Source: Dimargaris cristalligena (lineage: Eukaryota). From it: 54,886 nucleotides of DNA. Location of the stretch: positions 1 to 54,886 of the forward strand of contig ML002261.1 of assembly GCA_003614675.1 (NCBI GenBank), in the 5' to 3' direction. The position numbers were made by a program, and so were the translations under genes. Under the pieces are notes generated by a model. The model ran no database searches. It was not told the origin of the DNA and was given only the letters and a program-made list of their open reading frames with translations. Numbering within the stretch: position 1 is the first letter of the stretch; every line of letters begins with the position of its first letter. Positions 31,247 to 42,463 of the stretch are shown piece after piece.

Positions 31247-33073
31247 ATGAGCCATCCGCCAACCGGCAAAGCCCCCGGACCGGATAGGAAACCGAAACCA
31301 TCCGCCGGGGCCGAAACAACAAAGACTACCCCTCGTAAACCCCGCCAGTCCCGAAAGCCGGGCAAGGCTGCCGCTGATGTGCCCCAGTCGTCTAGCCTCA
31401 ACCCTACCGCTCCGGCCGCTACGACTACCGAGTCACGCCAAGCACCACCTAGTTCCCGACCCCGTAAGAACGCCAAGGCGGCCACCCGGCCTGGTGCAAC
31501 GGCGCAAGGCCCGGCCGATGGGAACCCAGTGGAGTCTACTACCTCCCAGTCCACACGCGCCCCGAAGGGTAAAGATAGGAAGCCCAAGCCCCCTAAAGGA
31601 AAACCCGCCGCTAAGGGTAAGGCCGACTCCCCCCTAGTAGCTAACGATAAACCCGTTCGTCCTTCACCGTCGAATCGCACCACCGCCACTCCGGTCGTGG
31701 GAGGAGGTATTTCGTCATCGGGTAATTCCAAACCCCGGCCGGCCAAGTCCGCCCGGGAATCCCGGCGGCCCAAACCGCCGCCCTTGAAACTGAAGGTGGT
31801 TATCCGTCGCCTACCCCCTACTTTGCCCGAAGCCGTCTTTTGGCGGGCGGTAGCGCCCTTTGTCAAATTTCCCATCCCCGAGGACAGTACTACTACCACC
31901 GATGTGACCATCGACCCCAACCAATTTCCCCCTAACTCCCGACCGGAAGTTGCGGGAGCTAGTAAAGTCGAAGCCACCACCACTACTACTACCAGTGCCG
32001 GTGGTGCTACAGATGGGGCCAAAACCACTACCCCAGAAAATCCCGAGTCTGCTGGTCTGGCAACCAAAGATGCATCGGTCGAAAACCATGCTGAAATTAC
32101 ATCTGCGGAAGGTAATGCCGATGCCCCAAAGGAAGTCATTAAGCGCTTGGTACGCTACTACCCTAACAGTGGTTCAGCCATGACCGACGGTTATTACCGC
32201 TGGTACTTCCCTGGCAAAGTTCCCAAGAATCGGTCGAAGCAGCCCGTTTTTTCGCGGGCCTATATCCGGTTCAATTCCATGGAGGAGGTCGTACAATTCC
32301 ACCAGAACTTCAATGGGCACGTCTTCGTGGATGGCCAAGGCCAACAAACCGCCGCTTTGGTCGAATTCGCTCCTAACCAGCTATTACCTTCTGCCTCACG
32401 CTTCCGGGATAATAAGGCTGGAGCGATTGAACGGGATAGCGATTACCTGGCCTTTGTTCAAAGTCTGACCCAACCCAGGGCGGCTAACCCGCCTGATTCG
32501 GAATCACCTACCCAAGCCGGCGCCTTGACCGCGGCAACGGCCTCGGCGATGGCCGACGGCAAGCCCAAGTCGTATCTTAATGCAGCAACATCCGCCGCCT
32601 CCCCGACTCCAGCTTCGGCATCAAACCCTTCCACGCAATCCACTCACCTGCTCGACTTCCTGCGTCAAAAGAAGAAGGCGGCCAGTAGCCGACTGGCCAG
32701 TGCCACTACTCGGCGCGCGGGTATCCTATCTATCAGTGCCCAGCAGCTAGAATCCCACAAACCCCGATCCAAGGCATCCGCCCGATTACGAGCCACCGCC
32801 AAATCCCAGGGCTTCCCCGCCTCTACTTCCGGTTCGAATTCCCGGCAGGCCGAAAAAGCGGCCCGAAAAGAAGCGCGCCGGCTGGCCCGGGAAAATAAAC
32901 CCAAGGTCAAAAAGGAAAAGAAATCCAAAGTGGGAGGGCCCGGTGCGACCACTTCGTCGAAGTCGGCCACGCCGTTGAATCTCCACAGCCTGGTAGAAGA
33001 AAGTGAGATCAGGGCGAAGAAGCAGAAGAAACGTAACCAAGGTGGAGGTGGAGGGGATCAAGTCAAGGGCTAG
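31247..33073 (+). CDS. UPF3: Nonsense-mediated decay factor Upf3 (Smg4/UPF3 RRM-like domain)
   Basis: KVVIRRLPPTL...YFPGK...FSRAYIRF...VVQFHQNFNGHVFVDGQG...ALVEFAPNQ...GAIERDSDYLAF, and THLLDFLRQKK. Likely ATG at 31247 (MSHPPTG). Confidence 0.92.
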   Translation: MSHPPTGKAPGPDRKPKPSAGAETTKTTPRKPRQSRKPGKAAADVPQSSSLNPTAPAATTTESRQAPPSSRPRKNAKAATRPGATAQGPADGNPVESTTSQSTRAPKGKDRKPKPPKGKPAAKGKADSPLVANDKPVRPSPSNRTTATPVVGGGISSSGNSKPRPAKSARESRRPKPPPLKLKVVIRRLPPTLPEAVFWRAVAPFVKFPIPEDSTTTTDVTIDPNQFPPNSRPEVAGASKVEATTTTTTSAGGATDGAKTTTPENPESAGLATKDASVENHAEITSAEGNADAPKEVIKRLVRYYPNSGSAMTDGYYRWYFPGKVPKNRSKQPVFSRAYIRFNSMEEVVQFHQNFNGHVFVDGQGQQTAALVEFAPNQLLPSASRFRDNKAGAIERDSDYLAFVQSLTQPRAANPPDSESPTQAGALTAATASAMADGKPKSYLNAATSAASPTPASASNPSTQSTHLLDFLRQKKKAASSRLASATTRRAGILSISAQQLESHKPRSKASARLRATAKSQGFPASTSGSNSRQAEKAARKEARRLARENKPKVKKEKKSKVGGPGATTSSKSATPLNLHSLVEESEIRAKKQKKRNQGGGGGDQVKG

Positions 33074-33906
33074 ATCTAGAGAGCTAGGAGGACCCTTCCC
33101 TCCCACCGACCAATTTAAATATACGTGCACCGATGCGAAATAGCCACTCCTGCCTCCCACTCTCCCTCCCTCTTAACGCCCATTACAGTTGGTGATCTTG
33201 GGGATTTAATGCCAGGGGGAGTGGGATGCGTCACAATGGTGGAAGCGATTTTGGGCCCGTTGCAAGAATCTAGCGAATTTCGACCCCGAAATAACCCTGG
33301 ACCGTGGCTGGCCGCATCAAGGATTATCGATCTTGGTGGATCGCGACATTATGGCGTGGATGTTTTTAGCCTAAACGTGGGTGGCACCTTCTCTTTACTT
33401 TTAATCCATTCACTAAAAGTTGTTCGGCCCACTCTCGTTTATTATTTTTTCGTGCCTCAACGTTCTGCTGTACCCATTCTACCCCACGACTGAGTGGTTG
33501 GTGTCCAGCAACCTGCCTATACCGGCTATTACTATACAATTGCAATTTTCAATATTTTCCCGGGACCAATGCAGGTGCCAAGAGCCGACTGGGTTGAGAA
33601 AGATACCTCCTCATATCCGGATTTGCACCTCACTGATCTCGCTGAATATACGATTCTCCAATATTGTAACACGAATAAACGCCATGACGCTCTGCTTTAC
33701 CACAATGGTTGTTTACATGCTTGATTTTTGAATACAATGCTATCCACAATAAAATGCATCCAAACACTGTGGTTAAAATGAACCTTAAATTATGTAAAAT
33801 GTCCAATGGAAAGTGCACAGGAATGAGGTATGCCTGAATAGAGGATGACGTGCACGAAGAATTTTTTTATTGTTTAAAGGCACCTAAGGACCCCCTCCCC
33901 TTGCTC

Positions 33907-36900
33907 CTACATTGCACCATCATCAGATACAGAGGATGACACAGCCCCACCAGTATTATGAGCTGAGGCCAGGGTCGTTGTGGGGGTTTGGATTCCCAAA
34001 CTTAGGCGAATATTCCCTGCAACGGATGCCAAATCCGCGGGTGGGGGGCGCATAGCCAATTTCTCGAATTTTTCGTATACGGCTAGAGCGTCCCAGGGTC
34101 GCTGGGCCGCGAGGAAACCGGCGAAGATACGCTCCACCAGCTGCGAACTCACGAACCGTTCGTCGTCTTCCAGATCCGCCAGGAGCTGCCGGGTCGTGTC
34201 CCATGCTTGGTGTTCGACGCAGCCATCCAGAAGTAGGTGAAAGGTGCGGTTGGTTGGGGGAATATGAAAGGCCGCGAACCGTCGGTAGGTGCCCAAGGCG
34301 GCCCGGAACGGTCGGCCACCGCGGGGGATGGGCCGAGTGGCTTCCGTGGCCGAGCCGTGGGCATCGACATCGGCCTCCTGTGTGGGTGGGTCGTGGTGGG
34401 GGGAAGTAGAACTCGCTGTTGTTGCTGCTGCTGCTGCTGCCACCCGGGCCCGCTGCAAATAAAAATCAATGAAATGATTGAATAGCGCTGCCGTGGGTTG
34501 CCAATGGTACCGGTGTGTCATTTCGCCAAACAGCATCAATGCCTTCCGTAACGTTCCGCGGCGCAATGCATCATCAATGAGAAGCACATATGTGTCCACA
34601 TTCGGTGGGAAGACGCCGCATTTAATCAGGGCGAAGACCCGGTGGGCCCGGGGGTAGTCGCTGCGGGCCAGAAACTGCCGGATTAGTAAATTATACGTGA
34701 TGATATTGGAGAAGCGCGGGGTGTAGAGGGATTGGCTGTTGCCCGCCATCGATTGACGCGGATGGCCCGACAGTGATGATGATGATGGCGAAGTCGACGG
34801 TGGTAATGGTGATGTCGGTGAAGTGGTTGTAGATATAGATGCGGACGTGGTTGATGGTGGGTCTCTCAAATCGACAGTAGTCCGAATCAAGTGGTGGGAT
34901 TCGTCCGGTTCCCGCTGAGCGGCTTCATTAAGCGCTTCGAAAACCTGCAGGGCCAAGTCGGGCTGGTTAGCCTCGCCGAGTCGCCGAATAAGATCATTGA
35001 ACACCGCCGTCGTGGGGAAAAACAGTGGCCGAGTCGGCGGGGCCTGACCATCCACAGTGGTGGCCGACATGGGTTCGGGGTTCATGGATGGGAAGCGGGG
35101 TTTTTCGAGTCGGTCCACTCGGAACCCGTCGACCATTCCACAGAGTCGCTGAACCGCCTCCTCGTAATCGCACGATCGATTGAGGTGGATTAATAAAGTG
35201 GAGTAGTGCTGTCGAGTGGGAATGACAGCGGAGTTAGCCAGTAAGTGATTGTAAACATCGAGCATCATATCAATATTCCGGGCCTTTCCGAAACCGTTTA
35301 GGAGGACTTGGTAGGTACCATCGTCAGGAGCGGGTAGACTTCCCAGGGCCGACAAATTCCCCAGATCCGGGTGACTGCTTTGAAAAGCCTTGTGGGAAGA
35401 AAGCGCGGGGAGTAAAGGCTCCCGCCGCCGACGACTTTTCGGGTACCATGAAACGCCGCGCATAAGTTTCCAGGCCGCTTCGGCATCGGACGCCACCTCG
35501 ATCGAAAAGAAGCCCAGTAGGAAAATGTTCCATGTATCGACGCCAGGCTGAATTCCGCAGCGTATCATCAGGTCGAGACACCACCGGGCCAGTCGCGGTC
35601 GGCGGGCATGGAACCAACCCTGGATCAGTGTATTGAAGGTAAGTCGGTTGAGTGGCGGGGAAAACCAGGGGTATTTGTGGTAAAAACGCAGGTAGGAGGG
35701 TGTGTACGAAGCAGCGGCATCCAATCCCGGCCGCTGGTGGAGAACGGCCTTAGAAGGGTCGAATATTTGGCCCAGGATCGACTGGAACAAGCCGTTGGCC
35801 ACCGCAATTCGGCCGTCTTGGATCAAAGTTTTGAATGCCGACGTCAAAATAGCCGGCGGGAGATAGAACGGGCGGTATAGAATTAGCGGTTCTAGGTTGC
35901 CGATTATCCGGTCGACAGTGGACTCGATAATCAAATGACTAATCAGGGATCCCGAGTTGGCCGTGGGTGTGACAGGAGGGGGGGTAAATAGAGTTTGGAA
36001 TAGCTGGTCATCGTTCAGGTCAGCCAGGCCCGCTGTGGAATGGGCTGCTGGATTCGTGGTGAAGAGGGGGCCAACGTTGAGTGGCTTTAGCACTTCAATG
36101 GAAGATGCCGGTATGGACTGGGTCGCAGTAGGGGAATTTCCCCGGGGCCAGGGATCGGCTAGAGAGGATACAGACGATTTCCGGGGTAGTGACGGTGGCG
36201 TCATTAAATATTCGAATAAAAAATAGCTGCGGCGAAGTAGATATACGGGCAAGCCCCCTTCGGTCGGCCGGTCTAAAAAGGGGGTTTCGTCCAATGAGGC
36301 CGGATGGTGAATATTAACCGAATCCCCGTCGGCCGACTCCGGGTGGTGTGGTAGAGGTTGGGACTGGGGATGATCCCTTAACTGGTCGGTGGTATGCGGA
36401 TCATTCGGGATATACAGCTGCTGGCGGAATTGTTTATGATTACGGACAGTTTGAAACAGAAAGCGGAGAGCCGATTCGGAGGGCGGCGATTCCTTGTCTA
36501 GTATATCCCATAGAAAATTGAAAGCCAACGGCAAATCGCAGCGTTGCAAAGCCGACCCTAGAATATAGTTGGCCGTTTTTTCGGTGTAGGCCAATTGGGC
36601 TACCAGCGCGTCGCCCCGCAGTCCCACGTCTACTTTCAGTTGGCGACCGAATTCAAAAGCACGCAGGGCCGACAAATGGGCGGCCAACGGGTCAGCCAGT
36701 AGTAATTCCCGCTGCCAATGCTGCTGGCCGGTCAAAGCCTTGGCCACATGGGTAGCCACTTTACTTTCCCGGCCGCCGCCGAGCATGGACCGCTCCCAGC
36801 GCTGGTTACCTCCCCAGACCGAGGCTAACAAACTCTCGGCGGACCAGCCGGGGTCATGGTGGATCAATTGCTGTACGACCTCGGGGGTGGTGACGACCGG

Positions 36901-37110
36901 GGTGGGGGTAAAAAGGGCCTGGTTCCGGCAATAATCAAGGGCCGCTTCCACCCGAATAGTACGATCGCGGTCGGTCAGACCCGCTAGGCAGCGTAATAGG
37001 GTGAGGAATTCCCGTGGACTGGGGGGACGTTTTAAATGGCTATGCGAAACAAAATTATAGACAATCGCCCATGGATTCACGATCCCTGCCAGCGGAGGCG
37101 GTACCACCAT
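33907..37110 (-). CDS. Pentatricopeptide repeat (PPR) protein, probably a mitochondrial RNA-binding factor
   Basis: Repeated 35-aa PPR-like units: TFNTLIQGW, PGVDTWNIFLLGF, PDDGTYQVLLNGFGK, PTTAVFNDLIRRLG, NIITYNLLIRQF, PNVDTYVLLID, PTNRTFHLLLDGC. Start uncertain: first ATG 37110, frame open to 37164. Confidence 0.88.
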   Translation of the reverse strand: MVVPPPLAGIVNPWAIVYNFVSHSHLKRPPSPREFLTLLRCLAGLTDRDRTIRVEAALDYCRNQALFTPTPVVTTPEVVQQLIHHDPGWSAESLLASVWGGNQRWERSMLGGGRESKVATHVAKALTGQQHWQRELLLADPLAAHLSALRAFEFGRQLKVDVGLRGDALVAQLAYTEKTANYILGSALQRCDLPLAFNFLWDILDKESPPSESALRFLFQTVRNHKQFRQQLYIPNDPHTTDQLRDHPQSQPLPHHPESADGDSVNIHHPASLDETPFLDRPTEGGLPVYLLRRSYFLFEYLMTPPSLPRKSSVSSLADPWPRGNSPTATQSIPASSIEVLKPLNVGPLFTTNPAAHSTAGLADLNDDQLFQTLFTPPPVTPTANSGSLISHLIIESTVDRIIGNLEPLILYRPFYLPPAILTSAFKTLIQDGRIAVANGLFQSILGQIFDPSKAVLHQRPGLDAAASYTPSYLRFYHKYPWFSPPLNRLTFNTLIQGWFHARRPRLARWCLDLMIRCGIQPGVDTWNIFLLGFFSIEVASDAEAAWKLMRGVSWYPKSRRRREPLLPALSSHKAFQSSHPDLGNLSALGSLPAPDDGTYQVLLNGFGKARNIDMMLDVYNHLLANSAVIPTRQHYSTLLIHLNRSCDYEEAVQRLCGMVDGFRVDRLEKPRFPSMNPEPMSATTVDGQAPPTRPLFFPTTAVFNDLIRRLGEANQPDLALQVFEALNEAAQREPDESHHLIRTTVDLRDPPSTTSASISTTTSPTSPLPPSTSPSSSSLSGHPRQSMAGNSQSLYTPRFSNIITYNLLIRQFLARSDYPRAHRVFALIKCGVFPPNVDTYVLLIDDALRRGTLRKALMLFGEMTHRYHWQPTAALFNHFIDFYLQRARVAAAAAATTASSTSPHHDPPTQEADVDAHGSATEATRPIPRGGRPFRAALGTYRRFAAFHIPPTNRTFHLLLDGCVEHQAWDTTRQLLADLEDDERFVSSQLVERIFAGFLAAQRPWDALAVYEKFEKLAMRPPPADLASVAGNIRLSLGIQTPTTTLASAHNTGGAVSSSVSDDGAM

Positions 37111-39195
37111 GGCTGGGTCGGGAGGGAAAAATGGAGGAGATTGAGGCACCGAGGTCTGCGACAAAGCAAGAAAGAATATAGAAGTAGAGAGCCAAGCGCC
37201 TAGAGGAATAGAGAGTTAAGAAGGGGCTGGATTGTATATACTATTGGGGCAAATGGGTGCTCCACTCCTCCCCTCCCTCCATATGAACTTGGTGCGACTT
37301 GTGAATCGCATTCCTTGCTTGGTTGACGTAGATTGTTAGAGGACTAACCAATAGTAAACCCGTTATGGGACATATATAGTGAATCAATAGTCAATCAATA
37401 AACGTTGGTCTTTTCTCTTCTCTCTTACTTGATTTAATGCTAACATAGATCCTCCCCCTCTGGCCTACAACGAGTGTGGGGGTAAAGTAATTGGAATGCC
37501 CGAATCGTTGTCACTGCACACATATCACTGGAACCCCTGATTCAAACCCAAAACTTACTTGAAACGCCTCAAGTATTACTTCTGGCCTACCAGCTGATTA
37601 CTTAACTTGCCCCCCAAGATACTTCTTGAATACTGTGTGATTTTTACTATGGATCCAATGCCACATGTAATTAATTAATACAGTAGCTAGGCAATTACAA
37701 ATTAGGAAAAACGGGGTAGGTATCAAATGGCTTGGCCATCATCTAGGATTACATTGTAATAGTTAGAGATTAGCCCAGTTTTCGTATAGAGGCAGGGGGT
37801 ATCGATGGGGTAGTGCGGACAGTAGCCTCGACTAGGCGTTTCAACTCAGTTTGATGTAGAACGGAGGCAGGACAAACCTATATATTTGTGTATTTTATCC
37901 TGGACGATAGCCTGTAAGTGTTAATAAGGAAAACAGGTCGGATAAATCTAATGCCGGCTTTGGAATGGCCCTCAAGAATGAGGGAAAACCGTTCATCTAA
38001 TCATTATGGTATTATTTAGCCCTTGGTTTGCAATCCGGACAATGAGCCTGTCTGGAGCAGCAAGGGAGAGGAGAGACAGGGTGGGCTACTCCTTCTCTGC
38101 TACAGTCTTATAACCAGTATAGTTCGGGACATTTTCGCCCAATCTCCAGCTGGATGGTAGTGGTCGTCACTCCTATCCTTTAAGCTGAGCTGCTCCCTGT
38201 TCCAACCCCCCCCTCCACCACCACCACCACTATGGAGAGAATCCATTAACTACCGATCGGTCGGTAAATTAAAAATCTACCGCCCCAAGTGAAGAGGAAT
38301 GTTATTGGCAATAGCCACTTTAAATAGGGGTTGGTGAGTTTAGGGAGATTGCCTCAATGCCCATTTATAACCCGTCACCATTATAAAACCCCCCTTTACG
38401 TGGAACGGTCGAGGGAGACGGGTGGGGCGGTGGCCATTACGCCTAATTTGGTTCTAGTAGCACTCACTCAGTCGTAGGACTATATGAATAGATTATTTTG
38501 AAGAATATTATTTTTTTGGATACAGTATTGTATACAACTATGATATATATATATTCCAAGTCGGATTCATAATACATGGACCCGGCTAATGATCGGACTT
38601 TGACAGAAAATTTAATAGTCATGGAGCACCTTAGCCGGCCAATACACCCATTTGACTTGAGGCCCGTATCCCCCGCTCATTTTAAATGAAAACACGTTAT
38701 TTTTCCCTGCGTCTGCGTGAGACCTTCATTAGCAAGGTTGATATATCCACGGGGATTGGATGGTCTAGGGCTGGCGAAGATAGTAAGGAATGCGGAGGGT
38801 TCTCCTTGACAGAGCTACGGTAGATTTGCCAGACTTGGGCGGGTACTAAGAGCGGATCATCCATTAACCTCTTTGTTGTTCAACGAGAACAATTAAAAGG
38901 CGAGTTTTGATACTACATGCCCCACTCTGTTATATCAACGAGGAAACGAACAGCGGGTGTGGGGATTTGGACTGAGGATAGCCCAGCGAGGCTGATTGTT
39001 ATCGTAAAAGATTACTAACCCTTCCTCCTCCTCCTAGTGCAACTCCTTCCCCCCTGTACACCCGACTCTTGACGTCTTATAAACGGAAACAAGGGATCGG
39101 GCATTGATTAATGACGGGGGATCGCCTAATCTTGGTGTAGGTGGGGCACCCGAAATAATATCGCCACTGCCTCGAAGAAGATAGAAATACGTGAG

Positions 39196-39205
39196 TATAT
39201 ATAAA
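39196..39205 (+). promoter_or_regulatory. Putative TATA box of the small secreted peptide gene
   Basis: TATATATAAA ~200 bp upstream of ATG 39397, followed by a C/A/T-rich leader. Confidence 0.45.
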
Positions 39206-39396
39206 TCTGCGACTAGACACCCCCAATCTCTGTATTATCTAACCCACTTTATCCTTCCTACTGGCATTAACCATTCGATCGCTTATTTACCACATTACCC
39301 AAGCGTCTCATTTATACGCTTCAGTATCCCGTATACGACCTACCATATATCATCCACATACCCAAGTATCCGCAATCCCCACTCCCCCCACTCACA

Positions 39397-39713
39397 ATGC
39401 ATTACATACCCACCTTTCGCACTCTATTAACCCTCGTCACCCTTATCTACCTAGTCGCGGATCCCATTGCCGAAGCAGTCGTTACCAGGTCCGCAAGTAG
39501 GAATAGTACTACCAAAAAACTACTGTGATAAAAAACACTGCGGGCGGGATTACGAACTCAAAAACCAATGCAGTTAAGAAGCCCAGTACCCTATCGCGGA
39601 CTCTCAGTAAAGTTGGTAGAGGATTGAACTCGAACGTTGGAGTGGCCATGGCCGGCGCCTTCGCGGGTGCCACCGCCGAAAAGATGTTGAATCGGACACC
39701 AAGTGTTGAATAA
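39397..39713 (+). CDS. Small secreted cationic protein (~105 aa) split across two frames at an A6 run (frameshift, sequencing indel or short intron)
   Basis: ATG 39397 gives MHYIPTFRTLLTLVTLIYLVADPIAEA VVTRSASRNSTTKK, then a stop. The -1 frame continues TTVIKNTAGGITNSKTNAVKKPSTLSRTLSKVGRGLNSNVGVAMAGAFAGATAEKMLNRTPSVE to TAA 39713. An upstream TATA box and a pyrimidine-rich 3' region support a transcription unit. Confidence 0.55.
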
Positions 39714-40590
39714 CACATGTTCGAAGAGTATGCAGGCTGAATTTCGGGCCAATACCGCGTTTTCGGTTTATATCCCCCCTCCCCTTTTATAGCTGTACAT
39801 TCACACTACCCTTCGGAGGATACTCCCCCTCCAGCCATCTCCTCCCCCCCACCCACTCATGCATTTCCTTCTTCACCAACTACTCAGTGACAACCTACTC
39901 CTTTCCTAGGCTCATTTTTATTTTATAAATAATAGAGCGGAGAGTTTGTCATCAATTAGTAATTTTTTAATCCAATTAAAAGTATTCGCATATTCATGGA
40001 TAGTAGAGAAGATGTGTGAGTACTTCTCATTTGGTAACTTGGTGGATACGAGTGCAGACTAGAGCTCAGATTGTTACGGTATATTAAAGGGGATGTAGCA
40101 AAAGCGAAGCCGCTGGGATAGTACAAGTGATGCTCTATCTTCCACTACCAGATACGGCACACCATCCCCGCAATGTAGCACATTGGCCCCGTTTGATATA
40201 CGACCGGCAATTAGTTAACCAAATTATCCAGGGGGTCGCGCCATGAGAGTTGAGTTTGACGCAAAGGGCGCCAACGGTTTCCAAGGGGATATAAATCAAC
40301 AACCCACACCAAGTTTGGGTAATTATGCACTCCGATTACTAAGCACGCTAGCCCATAAAATACAACTACGATTTAATGTTCTACAAGAAATATAGCAGAA
40401 TAGAAAAGGAGATAGATCATTCTATGAACACAGAAGGGGAGGGTTACACCTCTTACTCATAATGTCATTAAACCCAGCTAGGTGATTGAACGGCGCGGCT
40501 AAGGAATGATATCCGTCAGGATAAGTCGGAAAATGTAATGAACCCCATATGGGAGGTGGAGGGGGGGAAGTAGGTATCCAGATGACCTCC

Positions 40591-40621
<31 letters not shown>

Positions 40622-40648
40622 TCTGTTCCACTAAGGTGGGATCAGTAC

Positions 40649-42463
40649 TTAAACCTGCTTAGCGTAAAAGGCCTGTAACCGAGACCGGTCCACGGTGTGA
40701 ATGTAGTACTGCCCGCCATTACTCGTCCAACTGACGGCATCCGTAAAGTACGGATACTGCCGGACGCGCAGGATACTTTCCGGGCTTCCGGCGGTGCGGG
40801 CGTTAATTTTAAAGTCGCGGGGTAAGAAACTTTTGAGGGAGATGATTTGGGTGCCGTCCCGTAAGTCAAGGAAGAGTTGGAGGAGGGATTGGTTAAGGGT
40901 ACTGGAGAAGGCGTAATTATTGACTAGGACCACGTCGGCGCGTTGCAGATGGTGGGTGACGGCGGGGTTGGTTTGGGTGTCGAGGAAATCGCCCTGGTGG
41001 AGGGTTAGGGGGCCGTGGGGAAGGCCGTAGGACCGCATCCGGGACTGAAACTCCCGGGCCTGTTGGACGGCTAGGCGACTGGGCCGGGGCATGATTTCCA
41101 TGCCGAAACTGGTACACCCCACCTGGGCGGCCACCTGGATGACTACATTGCCGATACCACACCCCATGTCCACGAAGACCTGGTCCGCCCGGAGGCGGGT
41201 CTTTTGGATAAAGTCGGTCACCAGCACGGCATTGACTTCGCCGTACACGTGGTTGGAGAAGGCCTCGTAGTCGGTCAGGGTTTCGGCCAACGGGGCTACC
41301 GTCCGACTGTAGGTTTGGTGCAGAATGTGGGAGACGAGGCCGGGCGGCAGACCATTGGATCGTAGAGCCGCCATATGGGCATGGAACTCAGGCAGCGATT
41401 TTACCCGGCGGAGCTCGGAATTGAACTCCTTGATACTATTTACCAATTCATCGCCTAGTTGACGGTTGCTGGCCCGGGTGAGGGCCCGCAGTAAGCCAGT
41501 GAATTCATCGCCGAAGCGATCGGCCTCACTCTCCGGCACGAGGAATTTGACAATTGTGCTGATGGTAGCCAGTATGTCGTGGACGGGGTTGTAGTCGTCC
41601 GCCTTCTCCGAGTTGGGTTTATGGTGGATTTTGGGAACCACCAGCAGGAACTCCTCGGACTGGCGCCGTCCGGGGTATTCTATCCGAATGGGGGCGGGTA
41701 TTTGCCTGCGCCTTTTATTACTGCCGGTCGGGGGCGGGGACTGGGAAGTATCCCGCCATTCAAAATAGGGTTTATAATCAGCTAGATGGGATTCCAGTAG
41801 TACGGCCGACTGGACCATGGGGGCTATGTGAGAGTGGTCCGGCGGATCGTCAGGGGAGCCCAAACCCCGATAAGCGGGTACGGCAATCCGGTCCGGGCCC
41901 CGGGGTACTGGGGGTGGTGACTGGGGTTCAGTTTTGGGGGATAATGGCTTCCGGTGTACGGGGGAAGCTAAGGAACTGGTCGGGCGCCGCGCGGGGGGAG
42001 TGGTCTTACGTTTAATCAAGCCGGTGGAGGGCCGCCGGGGTGGACTAGGACTGCGGGCGAGACGCCGAGGAACCGGCGTAGAAGTGGGCCGGGCTGCGGA
42101 CTCGCGTGTAGCACCCAATGGACTCCGCGGGACCGATAGGTGGCTGTTCCCTCTGGCGGCGGAGGAATTCCCTACGGGAGACCGTTTCAGTGTATAGGAG
42201 GCCCCCCGGGGCGGTGGGGGAGTGGTAAAGGACGCCCGGTCCTGCGAAGCAGCGGTTGTGGGGGAGACCGATTTCCGACGAATGGCGGAGGGGGGCGGTG
42301 TCGAGGTCGGAAGGGGAGGGGATCGTTGCGAGGTAACCCGGTCAATGGGGCGGGGCTTGGCCGAGAGTGGGTTGGTTTTGGTCAATGTGGCCTTGGGCTT
42401 AGACCCTAAAGCCGGGCGTTTGGGCTGTTGGTTTAAACCTTGGAGAAACTGGAGGTAGTCCAT
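40649..42463 (-). CDS. DOT1: Histone H3K79 methyltransferase Dot1
   Basis: QTYSRTVAP...YEAFSNHVYGE, VFVDMGCGIGNVVIQVA, SFGMEIM, GDFL, VVLVNNYAF, FLDLRDGTQIISLKSF, VSWT; long disordered N-terminus. Confidence 0.96.
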   Translation of the reverse strand: MDYLQFLQGLNQQPKRPALGSKPKATLTKTNPLSAKPRPIDRVTSQRSPPLPTSTPPPSAIRRKSVSPTTAASQDRASFTTPPPPRGASYTLKRSPVGNSSAARGNSHLSVPRSPLGATRESAARPTSTPVPRRLARSPSPPRRPSTGLIKRKTTPPARRPTSSLASPVHRKPLSPKTEPQSPPPVPRGPDRIAVPAYRGLGSPDDPPDHSHIAPMVQSAVLLESHLADYKPYFEWRDTSQSPPPTGSNKRRRQIPAPIRIEYPGRRQSEEFLLVVPKIHHKPNSEKADDYNPVHDILATISTIVKFLVPESEADRFGDEFTGLLRALTRASNRQLGDELVNSIKEFNSELRRVKSLPEFHAHMAALRSNGLPPGLVSHILHQTYSRTVAPLAETLTDYEAFSNHVYGEVNAVLVTDFIQKTRLRADQVFVDMGCGIGNVVIQVAAQVGCTSFGMEIMPRPSRLAVQQAREFQSRMRSYGLPHGPLTLHQGDFLDTQTNPAVTHHLQRADVVLVNNYAFSSTLNQSLLQLFLDLRDGTQIISLKSFLPRDFKINARTAGSPESILRVRQYPYFTDAVSWTSNGGQYYIHTVDRSRLQAFYAKQV

